From: a virus
Lineage: Duplodnaviria > Caudoviricetes
Length of the DNA stretch: 64,000 nt
Strand: one strand, 5' to 3'
Virus record (IMG/VR): IMGVR_UViG_3300028634_000502
Span: 1-64,000 of that record
Positions 48,465-59,072 of the stretch are shown piece by piece. Numbering within the stretch: the first letter of the stretch is position 1; each line of letters opens with the position of its first letter. A program made the position numbers and the translations under genes. A model generated the notes under the pieces. That model saw only the letters and a list, made by a program, of their open reading frames with translations. It had not been told where the DNA came from and did no database searches.

Positions 48465-48890
48465 CTAAAGATTATTCGCTAATTGCAAAAGAACTTTCTC
48501 GATTAACTTATAATTGCTTTCATCAACAATAGTACTTTTTATCAATGTCTCTATACGATCGTATAAGGCTTCATCTCCTTCAACAATCTTCTTCCCTTTA
48601 TCTGTTAAATGTAAATAATGCATTCTCTTGTCATCCACAGATTGAATTTTATTTACTAATCCCATACAGGACAACTTATTTACCATTGCAGAAATTGCAG
48701 GTTTTGTTAGATTCAATCGCTCTGCTACCTCTGAAAAATTAGGGCCATTCATATAATAAATAGTTGTTAGATAGTAATAATCCTGACTACTGAATTTTCT
48801 AACTTCTGTCTCACTGAGTTGATTATTAATATTTTTTATTGAGTGCAACCAAAGTTGGTTTGCTATAAGTGCAATCGAGTTCTTTATCAT
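48465..48890 (-). CDS. MarR family regulator
   Basis: SEVAERLNLTKPAISAMVNKL..DKR..LTDKG; start uncertain. Confidence 0.88.
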   Translation of the reverse strand: MIKNSIALIANQLWLHSIKNINNQLSETEVRKFSSQDYYYLTTIYYMNGPNFSEVAERLNLTKPAISAMVNKLSCMGLVNKIQSVDDKRMHYLHLTDKGKKIVEGDEALYDRIETLIKSTIVDESNYKLIEKVLLQLANNL

Positions 48891-49019
48891 AGAATAAATC
48901 CTCCGGATTATAGTTAAAAACATTTAATTAAATGTTTTTAACTATATTAACATCAACTGACTACTCTGTCAATCGAAATCGGCAATCCTACAATTACAAG
49001 CAATCAATCTATAAATCTG

Positions 49020-49593
49020 AGCTACTGTAGCCAGCATACTACCTTGCTATGTAAGTGTTCTTGCCATTTGGTAGATGGCATAGACATCAATATTAATACT
49101 GCTTAGATTCATTATCTTAAAATACAACTTTCAGCATAAACATGTTCCTTCGCAGCAGACCAGAGTTTATCATCAGCTGATAATAAAAATAAAACCGGCC
49201 AGATGGATCGGACTTCTATCTTAGACTGGTATCTCTTGTAGGTGACACACTGAATAAAATCTCGATCTGTGTGTTGGGCTCACCCAATCAGTTTCTAATC
49301 AAATAATCAAGGCGACTTTGAAGCCGGTGCGACTTACACTCATGAAAGCAACTTAAAATGAATCGATCATAGGATGCACATCTACCATTACTTTTCAGAC
49401 ATCCAATATCTAAATCAAATCCAAATTGCTCTGGTAAGATTGGCAAGACCTCTTCTTCTTTTTCTTGTGCATCTACCTTTCCAAATCCGTGTACCACAAT
49501 TATTTCTCTACCCCTTGGTAAGAAATATGGAACCAACATCATTAACCGCTCTAGCTCTTGAAGTTCTGAATCAATCTTAAAACACTTTGACAT
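49020..49593 (-). pseudogene. Degraded mobile-element hypothetical gene
   Basis: 101-aa ORF followed by frameshifted coding-like remnants (LFLLSADDKLW..YAIYQMAR). Confidence 0.35.
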
Positions 49594-49859
49594 CTTTTTT
49601 TCCTCTTTCTAATTCTTGAGCATAAAAATGAGGCAATGCTCATTGGTCATTTTAATAAACCCTTAAACTTTGCCTCATAATTATTCATTACTTAAATATT
49701 CATTTGTGTTATCAAAACTAATGCAAAACCATCATTTTTATCGATTTTAACCAATGTCATCTATATTTTTGCCCTTTTTTAGGGGTCAAAAAACGTCATT
49801 TTTTCGTCTGTTTTTTGCCCAAAATTCAGGCCAAAACCACTATATGTTGTGGTCAACCG

Positions 49860-49938
49860 CTACTTTTTCTCGCCCGAACCACTACGCGTCATCAGAATTA
49901 TCGCTTCTACGTGCCCCGAGTTGGCCTAAATGATGTCT
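49860..49938 (-). other. att-like site 2 carrying a rumA 3'-end copy (HVEAIILMTRSGSGEKK*)
   Basis: Same AGACATCATTT-N6-ACTC-NN-GG-CACGT layout as site 1. Confidence 0.75.
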
Positions 49939-49960
49939 ACCGCCGAAATTTCGAACCATA

Positions 49961-50050
49961 CGTTAGTGGAAACAGGTCAGCCGTTTTTTAGCGTTTTCGA
50001 GGTATGTGGAAACATATCAACGGGTTCGAGGTTTTAGGGAACATATCCAC
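49961..50050 (-). repeat. Three tandem rumA attB-arm-like repeats (VDMFPKT, PVDMFPHT, ADLFPLT)
   Basis: GATATGTTYCC..ACCTCGAA twice with 29-nt period plus a degenerate third copy. Confidence 0.65.
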
Positions 50051-50119
50051 TAATTAAAATGATGATACGTATTATGATCGAAATTAATCTGCTCAGGATA
50101 AGGAACAAGATACCCATCC

Positions 50120-50761
50120 TCAACTCCCAGCATAAATTAATTGCTCTAGCCCTTCTTCGGATGTTAACATTTCAAGATTATTAAATATCTTCTCTTCGTC
50201 CCAATTCCACCACTCTAACTTTAGCAAGAATTCAACCTTTTCATCACTAAATCGCTTCTTGATAAATTTAGCTGGATTCCCACCATATATTGTGTATGCT
50301 TCAACACTTTTTACTACAGTTGAGTTAGCAGCAATAATCGCACCATCACCAATTTTAACACCTGGCATAATGGTTACATTTTGACCTATCCATACATCAT
50401 TGCCAATCACTGTATCTCCCTTAAAAGGAAGCTGTTCTACTGTTGGCATGACTTTTTCCCAACCACCTGCAAAGATATTAAAGGGGTAGGTTGTTATGCC
50501 ATCCATTCTATGATTTGCTCCATTCATAATGAATTTTACTCCCTCTGCTATTGCACAAAATTTGCCTATGATTAGCTTATCACCAAGAAATTCATAATGA
50601 TGCTCTATATTATCATAAAATTTCTCAGGAGACTTTTTATTATCACTATAATAAGTATATTCTCCAATTTCTACATTGAGCCGTTTTGGCAAATTACTTA
50701 TATAACAAACTGTTTTTATGTTTCCATTTGGATATAGTTTTTTCTTATCTGGTCCTAGCAT
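50120..50761 (-). CDS. vat: Streptogramin A O-acetyltransferase (Vat family)
   Basis: HHYEFLGDKLIIGKFCAIA, NGANHRM, GNDVWIG, hexapeptide repeats. Confidence 0.9.
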   Translation of the reverse strand: MLGPDKKKLYPNGNIKTVCYISNLPKRLNVEIGEYTYYSDNKKSPEKFYDNIEHHYEFLGDKLIIGKFCAIAEGVKFIMNGANHRMDGITTYPFNIFAGGWEKVMPTVEQLPFKGDTVIGNDVWIGQNVTIMPGVKIGDGAIIAANSTVVKSVEAYTIYGGNPAKFIKKRFSDEKVEFLLKLEWWNWDEEKIFNNLEMLTSEEGLEQLIYAGS

Positions 50762-50809
50762 AGGATATACCTCTCTTTCATTCTTTTATATCTTTTATAA
50801 TAATTCGTT

Positions 50810-51170
50810 CTAGTAGATTAACTGCCCTATCTTATTTCCCTCCTCGGCAAACCATATAGCTCCATCCGTCCCAAGTACAAGACCATGTGGTTCTGACTCC
50901 GGTGTAGGAATTTGATATTCTATAATTTTTTCGTATAACGTAATCCTACCAGCTTTATTACTTCCCCACTCTGTAAACCAGAGATCTCCATCTTTACCTA
51001 AAGTAATTGCATGCGGTTTAGCATTTGCTGTCGATAGTGGATACTCAACAAATTTACCTGTTATAGTAATTTTTCCTATTTTGTTGCCTATTATTTCAAC
51101 AAACCACAGAGCAACATCCTGACCTGCACAAATTCCTACTGTTCCAGATGTTGCAGTAGGAATATTTATA
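50810..51170 (-). pseudogene. vgb: 5'-truncated streptogramin B lyase
   Basis: Startless frame LWFVEIIGNKIGKI..PHAIT..LWFTEWG..EPHGL..IWFA matching Vgb C-terminal blades. Confidence 0.85.
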
Positions 51171-51230
51171 TTTTATAATTATATTTTTAGATTTTTAGAA
51201 GAACATTTATGGCAAATTAGAACATTAAAA

Positions 51231-51755
51231 TTACCTCCTAACGGCAGTTTGACACGATAGCAAAGCATCCTTTTCTAGTTGCTTTACAAATGCATCCTTA
51301 CCGGCGCAGTAGCCTTCAATATCCTCCGGGAACCGATAAGCTAGCTTCATTTTTAATTCACCATACTCTAAAGCAATGTCAGGATGTGCACGCAGAAAGT
51401 CCCTTACTGCTATATGCCTATCTATATCTTTGCGATTACTTTGCTCAAAAATATGAACCTGGTGTGTCCTGTTATCGCCGCCTTTTCGGAAATATCTCCG
51501 TCCTTCAATACCAAACTCACCCATACACTCATATCCAATGGCTACAAATTCTTCGTTATGCTTATCAACCAAACTAATATTTGTCACTACAGGCATTATA
51601 TCAATGATTGGCTTAGCGGATAACCCTTTAACTGCTGTACTACCAATATGGTAAATCTCCACCAATATATCCTTCAATATGTTCCTTATCATCTGTGATT
51701 CATTTTCATACTCTACTTCCCAAAAGGGATCGTACGGAACTACTCGTATTAACAA
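51231..51755 (-). CDS. GrpB family protein
   Basis: HIGSTAVKGLSAKPIIDI, RDFLR, Y..GK; TTG start with GGAGG. Confidence 0.88.
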   Translation of the reverse strand: MLIRVVPYDPFWEVEYENESQMIRNILKDILVEIYHIGSTAVKGLSAKPIIDIMPVVTNISLVDKHNEEFVAIGYECMGEFGIEGRRYFRKGGDNRTHQVHIFEQSNRKDIDRHIAVRDFLRAHPDIALEYGELKMKLAYRFPEDIEGYCAGKDAFVKQLEKDALLSCQTAVRR

Positions 51756-51870
51756 TATTAACCCTCCAATCTCATTCTCAACGAACACTATTTAGAAAAA
51801 AGTCTTTATACTTTTTAACAATGGAGCCGCCAGCCAGAACAGACTACATTGACCGGCGACTACCTTAAAT

Positions 51871-53334
51871 TTAATGTTTCAGATTTATTTTCTTATCGCT
51901 AATTTCATAAACCACGTCAGCCACATTATCGAGTAGCCGTTTGTCATGAGTGATAAATACTATAGTTCCAGCATACTCCTTCATTAATATTTCCAAAGCC
52001 TCTAAGCTTGGTATGTCAAGGAAGTTACTCGGTTCATCCATTAGCAGGATGTTATATCTACCCATAAGCATTTTAGCCAGCAACAATTTAATAATTTCTC
52101 CGCCGCTTAAAGCAGATAAGCTTTTTCCAATATCGTTTTGTTTAAGCCCCATTGATGCTAGAACCGAACGAATTTCTGAAACATTGTATTCACAATCCTC
52201 CTGCATAAACTCCATGACTTTCTGATTACCGTTGTACTTGTAACTATTTTGTGCAAAGTAACCTATTTTTGCCTTAGGTGAAATAGAAATTCCATCTTCA
52301 TGGTTTATGATCATTTGGATTAAAGTTGTTTTTCCTGTTCCATTGGCACCAGTTAGCGCCACTTTTGCTCCTAGGGGAATTTGAAAAGATGCTTTTTCAA
52401 ACAGTATCTTATCCCCAAATATTTTAGTAATTTCCGTACCGACAATAGGATATGGATTGTAGAGTGCCAATGCATCACTTTGCCTAAAACGAATCCTGCT
52501 AATATTTTCTGGAGCTTCTACATTTCCTAAGGCCGCAATCCTATGATCCAGGGACTTAGCGGCATTATGCATCTTTTTTTCCTTACTTCCTATTGATTTT
52601 TGATGAGCTAAACGCCCTCCACCTTCAGTACCTTTTTTCTTTGAAGCACCTTTTGCCTTCTGTTCTATTTTACGAGCCTGTTTTCGCTTTTCCTCCGCAG
52701 CCCTTTCCAATCGGCCACGTTCCGCAACAAATTGTTCGTATTCTGCTGCCTGGCTCTTGCGTTCTTCCTCTTTCTGGCGAAGAAAATCAGAATAGTTTCC
52801 CCAATACTCAGTGATTTTTCCATCTTTCAGTTCCCATATTTTATCTACTACCTCATCAAGAAAATATCGGTCATGGCTAATAACTAACAGTGCACCTGTA
52901 AAATATTTTAGCTGTCCAATTAGAAAATCAATTCCTTCACGGTCTAAATGACTGGTAGGTTCATCGGCTAAAATACCATGTACTTGTGCTGATAAAGCCT
53001 GTGCTATTTTAAGTCTTGTTTCTTCACCACCGCTCATGGTCTGTATATCTAATTGCTCAACACCCAGCTTGCCTACAAGTGCAAAATCTTTTTCCTCCTG
53101 CAAACTTACTTCGTCCAACTGAGGGATATAAGCAAGTTCACCCAGACGATTCATTTTACATCCTGCTGGAGTTAATTCCCCTAAAAGCACCCTGAGTAAA
53201 GTGCTTTTCCCTGCACCATTTGCTCCTACTAAACCAATACGGTCATAATCATATACTTCTAATTCATCTATATCTAAAACATCTCGCCCTGTGAATTCCA
53301 CACGAATGTCTTTGGCTTTTAATATCAATTCCAT
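51871..53334 (-). CDS. msr(D): ABC-F ribosomal protection protein Msr(D)
   Basis: 487 aa, [14 protein letters not shown], two ABC domains. Confidence 0.95.
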   Translation of the reverse strand: MELILKAKDIRVEFTGRDVLDIDELEVYDYDRIGLVGANGAGKSTLLRVLLGELTPAGCKMNRLGELAYIPQLDEVSLQEEKDFALVGKLGVEQLDIQTMSGGEETRLKIAQALSAQVHGILADEPTSHLDREGIDFLIGQLKYFTGALLVISHDRYFLDEVVDKIWELKDGKITEYWGNYSDFLRQKEEERKSQAAEYEQFVAERGRLERAAEEKRKQARKIEQKAKGASKKKGTEGGGRLAHQKSIGSKEKKMHNAAKSLDHRIAALGNVEAPENISRIRFRQSDALALYNPYPIVGTEITKIFGDKILFEKASFQIPLGAKVALTGANGTGKTTLIQMIINHEDGISISPKAKIGYFAQNSYKYNGNQKVMEFMQEDCEYNVSEIRSVLASMGLKQNDIGKSLSALSGGEIIKLLLAKMLMGRYNILLMDEPSNFLDIPSLEALEILMKEYAGTIVFITHDKRLLDNVADVVYEISDKKINLKH

Positions 53335-53411
53335 CTTATTTCCTCCTGTCTATAATCGCATGCTTTCATTTGCTTGTACGCAGGGAAAACCCTACGATTT
53401 TAGCAGGAAGA

Positions 53412-53432
53412 TTACATGAAAATAAGATACAT
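53412..53432 (-). CDS. msrDL: msr(D) leader peptide MYLIFM
   Basis: ATG TAT CTT ATT TTC ATG TAA with GGAGG RBS. Confidence 0.85.
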   Translation of the reverse strand: MYLIFM

Positions 53433-53448
53433 AAATACCCCTCCAATA

Positions 53449-54666
53449 TTATTTTAAATCTAATTTTCTAACCTCTGTTAGCATGGGGCAAACTATAGCA
53501 ATGCCAATAATTAAAATACCTGATAGTAAAAACCAATGATTTACACCAATTCTATCAGCAAAGAATCCAGAAAGAATTAATCCAATTGGCATAGCAAATG
53601 ACATAATACTTCCGGTCAAAGAAAATACACGTCCTAAATATTCAGGCTTAATCTTCTCCTGAAAAAGAGCTGTTTGCACACCGCTATAAAATGGCACCGA
53701 AAGCCCCATTACTGCACAGCAAGCTACAAATATAACAAATCCACTTGGAGGAAGTAATCCTGAAACGGCTAAACTGGCTCCCATTATAAAGAATGAACCT
53801 GTTATTAGTAATACACGCTTTTCAAAGTTCCCCAACCTTCCTAATAGTAGACCGCCTACTAGCATTCCAGATGCAAAAGCGATTTCGGTAATGGAAATAT
53901 GCACAGGTGTTCCATTAAAGTATTCCATGCTAATTAAAGGAAATAGTGCATTAATTGGCATATACACAAACGTATATAGCGTTCCTAAGAGTAATAAGGC
54001 AAATAAGCCTTTGTTTTGTCTCAATGCGACAATTCCTTCTTTCATTTCTCTTAAGAAATTTGGTTTCAAACTTTGCACTTGATCGCCCAGCTTAGGAATA
54101 CTTACAATTGCTACCGTAATAGATGCAATCACAGCGCCCAATACATCGATAGCAATAATTGCATTTAATTTCCAAGCGGAGTATAACAATGCTGCAGCCG
54201 CCGGACTAATAATATAGCTTATTGACTGCACAGACTGACTATAACCTGCGCATTTCGTAAGCTGTTCTTCTGGTACTAAAAGTGGCGTAACCGCATTGAG
54301 GGCCGGAGAATGAAAAGCCGTTCCAATGCTACGGATAAACAATACTACCATAACCATCCATACCGGTAATTCCATATACAATGCAACAATAGCTAGCATT
54401 GCCCCAGCTGCTGCGATAATTAAATCAGCACCTATCATTATCTTTTTCCTGTCATGACGATCCACTAATACACCAATGGCAGGCCCAAAGACTGCATAGG
54501 GTAAAAAACCTACTAGTGAAGCCATAGACAAGACCATCGCAGATCCTGTTTTTTCTGTAAGATAAAAAATAATCGCCATTTGCAGTGTGGCACTAGTGAT
54601 TAAAGAAACCGCCTGCCCTGCCCATATAGTATAAAACTTAAGTTTCCAATTTATATATTTTTCCAT
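53449..54666 (-). CDS. mef(A): Macrolide efflux MFS transporter, Mef(A) family variant
   Basis: 405 aa, MEKYINWKLKFYTIWAGQAVSLITSA. Confidence 0.95.
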   Translation of the reverse strand: MEKYINWKLKFYTIWAGQAVSLITSATLQMAIIFYLTEKTGSAMVLSMASLVGFLPYAVFGPAIGVLVDRHDRKKIMIGADLIIAAAGAMLAIVALYMELPVWMVMVVLFIRSIGTAFHSPALNAVTPLLVPEEQLTKCAGYSQSVQSISYIISPAAAALLYSAWKLNAIIAIDVLGAVIASITVAIVSIPKLGDQVQSLKPNFLREMKEGIVALRQNKGLFALLLLGTLYTFVYMPINALFPLISMEYFNGTPVHISITEIAFASGMLVGGLLLGRLGNFEKRVLLITGSFFIMGASLAVSGLLPPSGFVIFVACCAVMGLSVPFYSGVQTALFQEKIKPEYLGRVFSLTGSIMSFAMPIGLILSGFFADRIGVNHWFLLSGILIIGIAIVCPMLTEVRKLDLK

Positions 54667-54933
54667 CTTTATTATCTCCTGCATATTATTTTTGCTTGAA
54701 TTTCTATTTTAAATAGTATTCTAGGCAATAAAAAATGCAGGTCAAAATCCACAATGTGGCTTTGGTCTGCATAACATACAATATAGAAACATTCTTTAAA
54801 AAGACATAGTTAAATAAAACTATAGTAAAATAGTTTAAATTTCACCTTAACTAATGAATGCTCAATATCGTATAAATAAGCACAACAAAAAAGCCTATCA
54901 TCGGGGATAGATTCTGCCTTTTTTATTGCCAGC

Positions 54934-54960
54934 TTATCTTAAACGCATTGAGGCTGTCAT
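54934..54960 (-). CDS. mefL: mef leader peptide MTASMRLR
   Basis: Matches known leader with RLR stalling motif; AGGAGG RBS. Confidence 0.9.
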   Translation of the reverse strand: MTASMRLR

Positions 54961-55000
54961 AGTTTCGGTTCCTCCTAAATCCTTATTTGTATCAGCGATT

Positions 55001-55029
55001 ATTATAACATAACGAATTGATATAATCAA
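55001..55029 (-). promoter_or_regulatory. mef-msr promoter
   Basis: TTGATT-17-TATAAT with extended -10 TG. Confidence 0.75.
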
Positions 55030-55093
55030 CATTTAAAAGTGGAAAAACCGCCAAAGGGTGTTTGGTTCCCTCTATTGGCGGCGGCTCAATATT

Positions 55094-56674
55094 CTATATC
55101 TCTTTGTCTATTTGTATTCCAATTCCGGACTTAAATTCAACTATGATGTGGTCGTCGTAAACCGTTATCTTTTCCAAGAGAGTCCTCACATAGTCTTCTT
55201 CATATTCAGTTAGCTCACAAGGCAGGTCGTTAAGGAAACGCATCAACTCATTAATTCGCTTTTTCATATCCTGTCGGGATGCCTGCTCGTTTTGAAGGGA
55301 CTGCTTCTCATCGCGCAGCCTCCTAATCTCCAGACCAAGCTCATCACCGGTATTCTTAGAATTAACTGTTGCCATTAGCTCCTGCTGCATTGACTTCATC
55401 TGTTCATCAATCGCTGCAATCTGATTTGAGGTGACTTCCCCAAGGCTACTCTCGATATTCTCTCGTAAAAGTGGTAGGATTGCTTCCTTTTCACGGAACG
55501 CTTCGTTTATAGCTTTGATAACTACCTCCTGAAGCAATTTCTCGTGAACAGTTCTTGCCGGGCAATCAGGGCCGTCTTTTTCAACCCTGCTGACACAGCG
55601 CCAAACTGTGGACTTACACCCACGATTGTTCCATTTAATTCTGCGGAAGATGTCGCCACAGTATGCGCAGAAAACTATTCCAGATAAAGCGTAACGGCCA
55701 CTATAGATTCGTTTGCGCTTTGTGGTGCCTTTGGTAAGATTTGCGCGTCTTGCGATTTCCTCCTGTACCTTTAGGAAGATATCCTTTGGAATAATTGCTT
55801 CATGGCTGTCCTCTACATAATACTTAGGAACTTGACCCTTATTAGCTTCACGCTTCTTTTCAAGAATATCCACCGTATAGGTTTTCTGGAGCAAAGCGTC
55901 TCCGATGTACTTCTCGTTTGTGAGTATCTGCTTTATATTGCTTTCATGCCATTTTGCATTACCTGCACCGTTTAGAATTCCATCTGCTTCAAGCGACCTT
56001 TTTATCTGCAAGAAGCTCTTTCCACTAAGATACTCCCTATAGATGCGCTTCACGACTTTAGCTTGCTCTGGATCAATGATGAGATGCCCCTCTTCATCTT
56101 TGGTATACCCCAAGAACCAGTTGTGGTTGACCTGAACTTTTCCTTGCTGGTATCGGAACTGCAATCCAAGACGAACGTTGGCCGACAATGACTCACTTTC
56201 CTGCTGCGCAAGAGAAGCCATAATTGTCATGAGCACTTCACCCTTAGCATCGAGCGTGTTGATATTTTCCTTTTCAAAGTAAACGCCGATATTCTTATTC
56301 TTCAGGGCTCTGGTGTAATTAAGGCAATCGACCGTATTTCTTGCAAATCGGCTGATGGACTTGGTAATAACCATATCTATCTTGCCATCATTACAGTCGT
56401 TAATCATTCGCTGGAACTCATCACGCTTCTTAATATTCATTCCAGAGATACCGTCATCGGCATATATTCCTGCAAGCACCCAATCCGGATGACTATTGAT
56501 AAATGAAGTATAATGCGCAATCTGTGTTTCGTAGCTGGTTTCCTGCTCATCACTATCAGTGGAAACTCGGCAATAAGCAGCTACTCGTGTTTTCTGGACT
56601 TTATCGGTTGTTTTCTGTGTACCGATTGTTTTCTTTGCTGGAATAACCGTAACATTGCTGGCTAAGGAAATCAT
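55094..56674 (-). CDS. Large serine recombinase
   Basis: [24 protein letters not shown]. Confidence 0.95.
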   Translation of the reverse strand: MISLASNVTVIPAKKTIGTQKTTDKVQKTRVAAYCRVSTDSDEQETSYETQIAHYTSFINSHPDWVLAGIYADDGISGMNIKKRDEFQRMINDCNDGKIDMVITKSISRFARNTVDCLNYTRALKNKNIGVYFEKENINTLDAKGEVLMTIMASLAQQESESLSANVRLGLQFRYQQGKVQVNHNWFLGYTKDEEGHLIIDPEQAKVVKRIYREYLSGKSFLQIKRSLEADGILNGAGNAKWHESNIKQILTNEKYIGDALLQKTYTVDILEKKREANKGQVPKYYVEDSHEAIIPKDIFLKVQEEIARRANLTKGTTKRKRIYSGRYALSGIVFCAYCGDIFRRIKWNNRGCKSTVWRCVSRVEKDGPDCPARTVHEKLLQEVVIKAINEAFREKEAILPLLRENIESSLGEVTSNQIAAIDEQMKSMQQELMATVNSKNTGDELGLEIRRLRDEKQSLQNEQASRQDMKKRINELMRFLNDLPCELTEYEEDYVRTLLEKITVYDDHIIVEFKSGIGIQIDKEI

Positions 56675-57090
56675 ACATCCACCTCACTTTCTATCAAGCT
56701 GTAGACGTATTCTGCCTGTTTAAAAGGATCATCATATTTCATTTGCACACTTGGCATTCTAAAACCTTTAGCAACCTTGTTCTCTTTGGCTGGCTTATCA
56801 TCAAATACTCTTCCAAGCTTAACCTGTCGTTTGACACGCTCGGCTTCTGCAGCTTCAAAGGTCTCATTATCAATAATCCCCGGATAATAGTCGTCTCCGA
56901 GGTAATGCTTATTTTGCATCATCTTCTTTGCACCTGTGTGGTAAAGCTTAAGTCCGGCGGCTTCTGCTGCTGGCACGTAGGCAAGGCCAGAGAGGTATGC
57001 TTTGTAGAGCTTCTTTACTTTCTCTGCTTTTTCTTCATCAATAACTGCTTTACCATTTTCAATTCTGTATCCGTATGGGACATGACTCAT
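56671..57090 (-). CDS. Small recombinase accessory protein
   Basis: [19 protein letters not shown]. Confidence 0.8.
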   Translation of the reverse strand: MSHVPYGYRIENGKAVIDEEKAEKVKKLYKAYLSGLAYVPAAEAAGLKLYHTGAKKMMQNKHYLGDDYYPGIIDNETFEAAEAERVKRQVKLGRVFDDKPAKENKVAKGFRMPSVQMKYDDPFKQAEYVYSLIESEVDV

Positions 57091-57094
57091 ATTC

Positions 57095-58654
57095 TCACAA
57101 CCTTTCCTTAAGGGTTAAACCGCACTTTAGTGCGAAGCCTATTTCACTTCTGTTGTAAACAGTGATGCGGTCAACATGTGCCTCAAAGGCATCTGCATCA
57201 AATTCTGTAAGTTCTGTACTATTGTTTATATACTTTAAGAGCCTGCTTACTGCTTCCGCATTCTCAAGCTCACCATTTACTGAGCGGTACAATACTTCCT
57301 TTTCATTTCTTAATTCCTCTGCTTCAGCTAAGAGCTCACTGTTCTGCTTGGCATAAAGTGCAGGCTCGATGTACTGCTTTGAAAGAAGGTTTGTAAGGAC
57401 CTGCCTTCGGTCAAAGTTCTGTTCCAAAGCCGTCTCAAGCTCGTTAATTCGAGCAAGTGCATTAGCTTGGTCAATGCTTTTAAGGCTATTAAGGAAAGGC
57501 TGTAAAAGAACCTTTTTGCTAAAAATTAGCTTGTTCATCATATTTACAAAAGCAACCTCAAAATCCATCTCTCTGATAAAAAGCTGGCCGCACTTATTCT
57601 TCTCCTTCAGGTGAGTATTGCAGGTGTAAGCATAATATTTTACCTTACAGGCAGTATGTGTTCTTCTTTTCCAAGTAGCGCTACATTCGCCGCATATTAT
57701 TTTTCCTGAGAATGGGTAACGGCTCAGGTACTTCTCATCATCCGCTACAATATTCTTTTCTTTAGCACGCTGGACAATAAGTGTCTGCGTTGCTTCGAAT
57801 TCTTCATTGCTAATTATTGCTTCATGATGATCTTTAACATAGTACTGTGGCTTTTCACCCCGATTTGAATGTCTATCAAATTGTGAATCCGTGAATGTTT
57901 TCTGAAAGAGAGCATCGCCTGTATACTTCTCATTCTTCAGGATTTCTTTAACTGTCGTGGAGCTCCATTTGCCGCCTCGCTTTGTCGGTACCTTTTTTTC
58001 TCTAAGTGCTTTTGCTATTTTATAGCTGCCTTTTCCAGAAAGGCATTCTCTAAAAATAAACCTGACAATCTCTGCTTCTTCTTCATCAATAACCATCTTG
58101 CCATTTACGTTCTTATATCCGTATGGCGGATATCCAATTTTGAAGGTGCCGTTTTGGAACCTTTTCTGAATGGCCCATGACTCATTCTCAGCAATGGAAA
58201 CTGATTCACTCTCTGCAAGGCTACTAAAAATCGTAAGCAGCAGCTCGCTCTCCATGTCACCGGTGTTGATGTTTTCCTTCTCAAAATAAATAAATACCTT
58301 AAGCTTTATAAGCTTTCTAACTGCCTCAAGGCACTCTGTTGTGTTTCTAGCAAAGCGGCTAATGGATTTAATAATGATGAAGTCAATCAATCCTTTCTCA
58401 CAATCGGAAAGCATCTTCATAAGACCATCTCGCTTTGCCATGTTTGTACCGGAGAGTCCTTCATCGTAATAAAGGCCAACGTACTTCCAATTTGGATTGC
58501 TTTTGATATACGCTTCATAGTGTCGTTTTTGAGCTTCCAAACTGACGAGCTGTTCACGACTATCTGTTGAAACACGAGCATAGGCAGCAACACGCAGTTT
58601 TTTAGGTGCCTTCTGCAGCTTCTCATTTGCTTCAATCTTTGTTATCCGTTTCAT
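57095..58654 (-). CDS. Large serine recombinase
   Basis: RVAAYARVST, CGECS. Confidence 0.95.
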   Translation of the reverse strand: MKRITKIEANEKLQKAPKKLRVAAYARVSTDSREQLVSLEAQKRHYEAYIKSNPNWKYVGLYYDEGLSGTNMAKRDGLMKMLSDCEKGLIDFIIIKSISRFARNTTECLEAVRKLIKLKVFIYFEKENINTGDMESELLLTIFSSLAESESVSIAENESWAIQKRFQNGTFKIGYPPYGYKNVNGKMVIDEEEAEIVRFIFRECLSGKGSYKIAKALREKKVPTKRGGKWSSTTVKEILKNEKYTGDALFQKTFTDSQFDRHSNRGEKPQYYVKDHHEAIISNEEFEATQTLIVQRAKEKNIVADDEKYLSRYPFSGKIICGECSATWKRRTHTACKVKYYAYTCNTHLKEKNKCGQLFIREMDFEVAFVNMMNKLIFSKKVLLQPFLNSLKSIDQANALARINELETALEQNFDRRQVLTNLLSKQYIEPALYAKQNSELLAEAEELRNEKEVLYRSVNGELENAEAVSRLLKYINNSTELTEFDADAFEAHVDRITVYNRSEIGFALKCGLTLKERL

Positions 58655-58680
58655 TGTCTCAACCTCCTTTCTCGCAGTAC

Positions 58681-58712
58681 TATACATCACTCTAAAAGCC
58701 TTATTTATCAAG
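58681..58712 (-). promoter_or_regulatory. Motif B copy upstream of element-2 recombinase
   Basis: CTTGATA-N12-AGAGTGATGTATA. Confidence 0.6.
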
Positions 58713-58716
58713 TCTT

Positions 58717-58932
58717 TTAGGACATAATCTCTGCTAAAAATGGAGAGAACGTTTCACGGTTTTTGACCATTATCTTGTCAAATTCACTCTGGCTAATAAG
58801 CCCCTTTTCTAAGAGCTTCTTTGTAAGTTTTTCTGCAACCAAATAATCGTGCTCGTTCTTAAGGGAAGCCTCTGTAGGCTTTTCCGCTACATACTTTATG
58901 GAATCAACGGCTTCTAATTTTGTTAATTTCAT
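58717..58932 (-). CDS. SHOCT-like small protein
   Basis: LLEKGLISQSEFDKIM..NRETFSP. Confidence 0.75.
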   Translation of the reverse strand: MKLTKLEAVDSIKYVAEKPTEASLKNEHDYLVAEKLTKKLLEKGLISQSEFDKIMVKNRETFSPFLAEIMS

Positions 58933-59019
58933 TTTCTCGACCTCTTTCCGAGGGAACATATCAATCAATACCCTCTAACAGTCCCAGGACAGAAATCAGC
59001 CGAATGAACGAAAAAAGCA

Positions 59020-59063
59020 AAAAAATAATGCCTACCGAAAGACGAATCTCTCGATAGGCATTA
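59020..59063 (-). terminator. Intrinsic terminator after endolysin 2
   Basis: AATGCCTA..TAGGCATT hairpin plus U-tract. Confidence 0.75.
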
Positions 59064-59072
59064 AATTAATTG

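Noticed and set aside
49836-49853. ACCACTATATGTTGTGGT resembling an NrdR box
   Set aside because: Single copy and no nucleotide-metabolism gene nearby; more likely part of the att-adjacent sequence
49961-50050. Short repeats considered as a CRISPR array
   Set aside because: Degenerate, spacers too short, no cas operon (DUF2800 is a phage nuclease)
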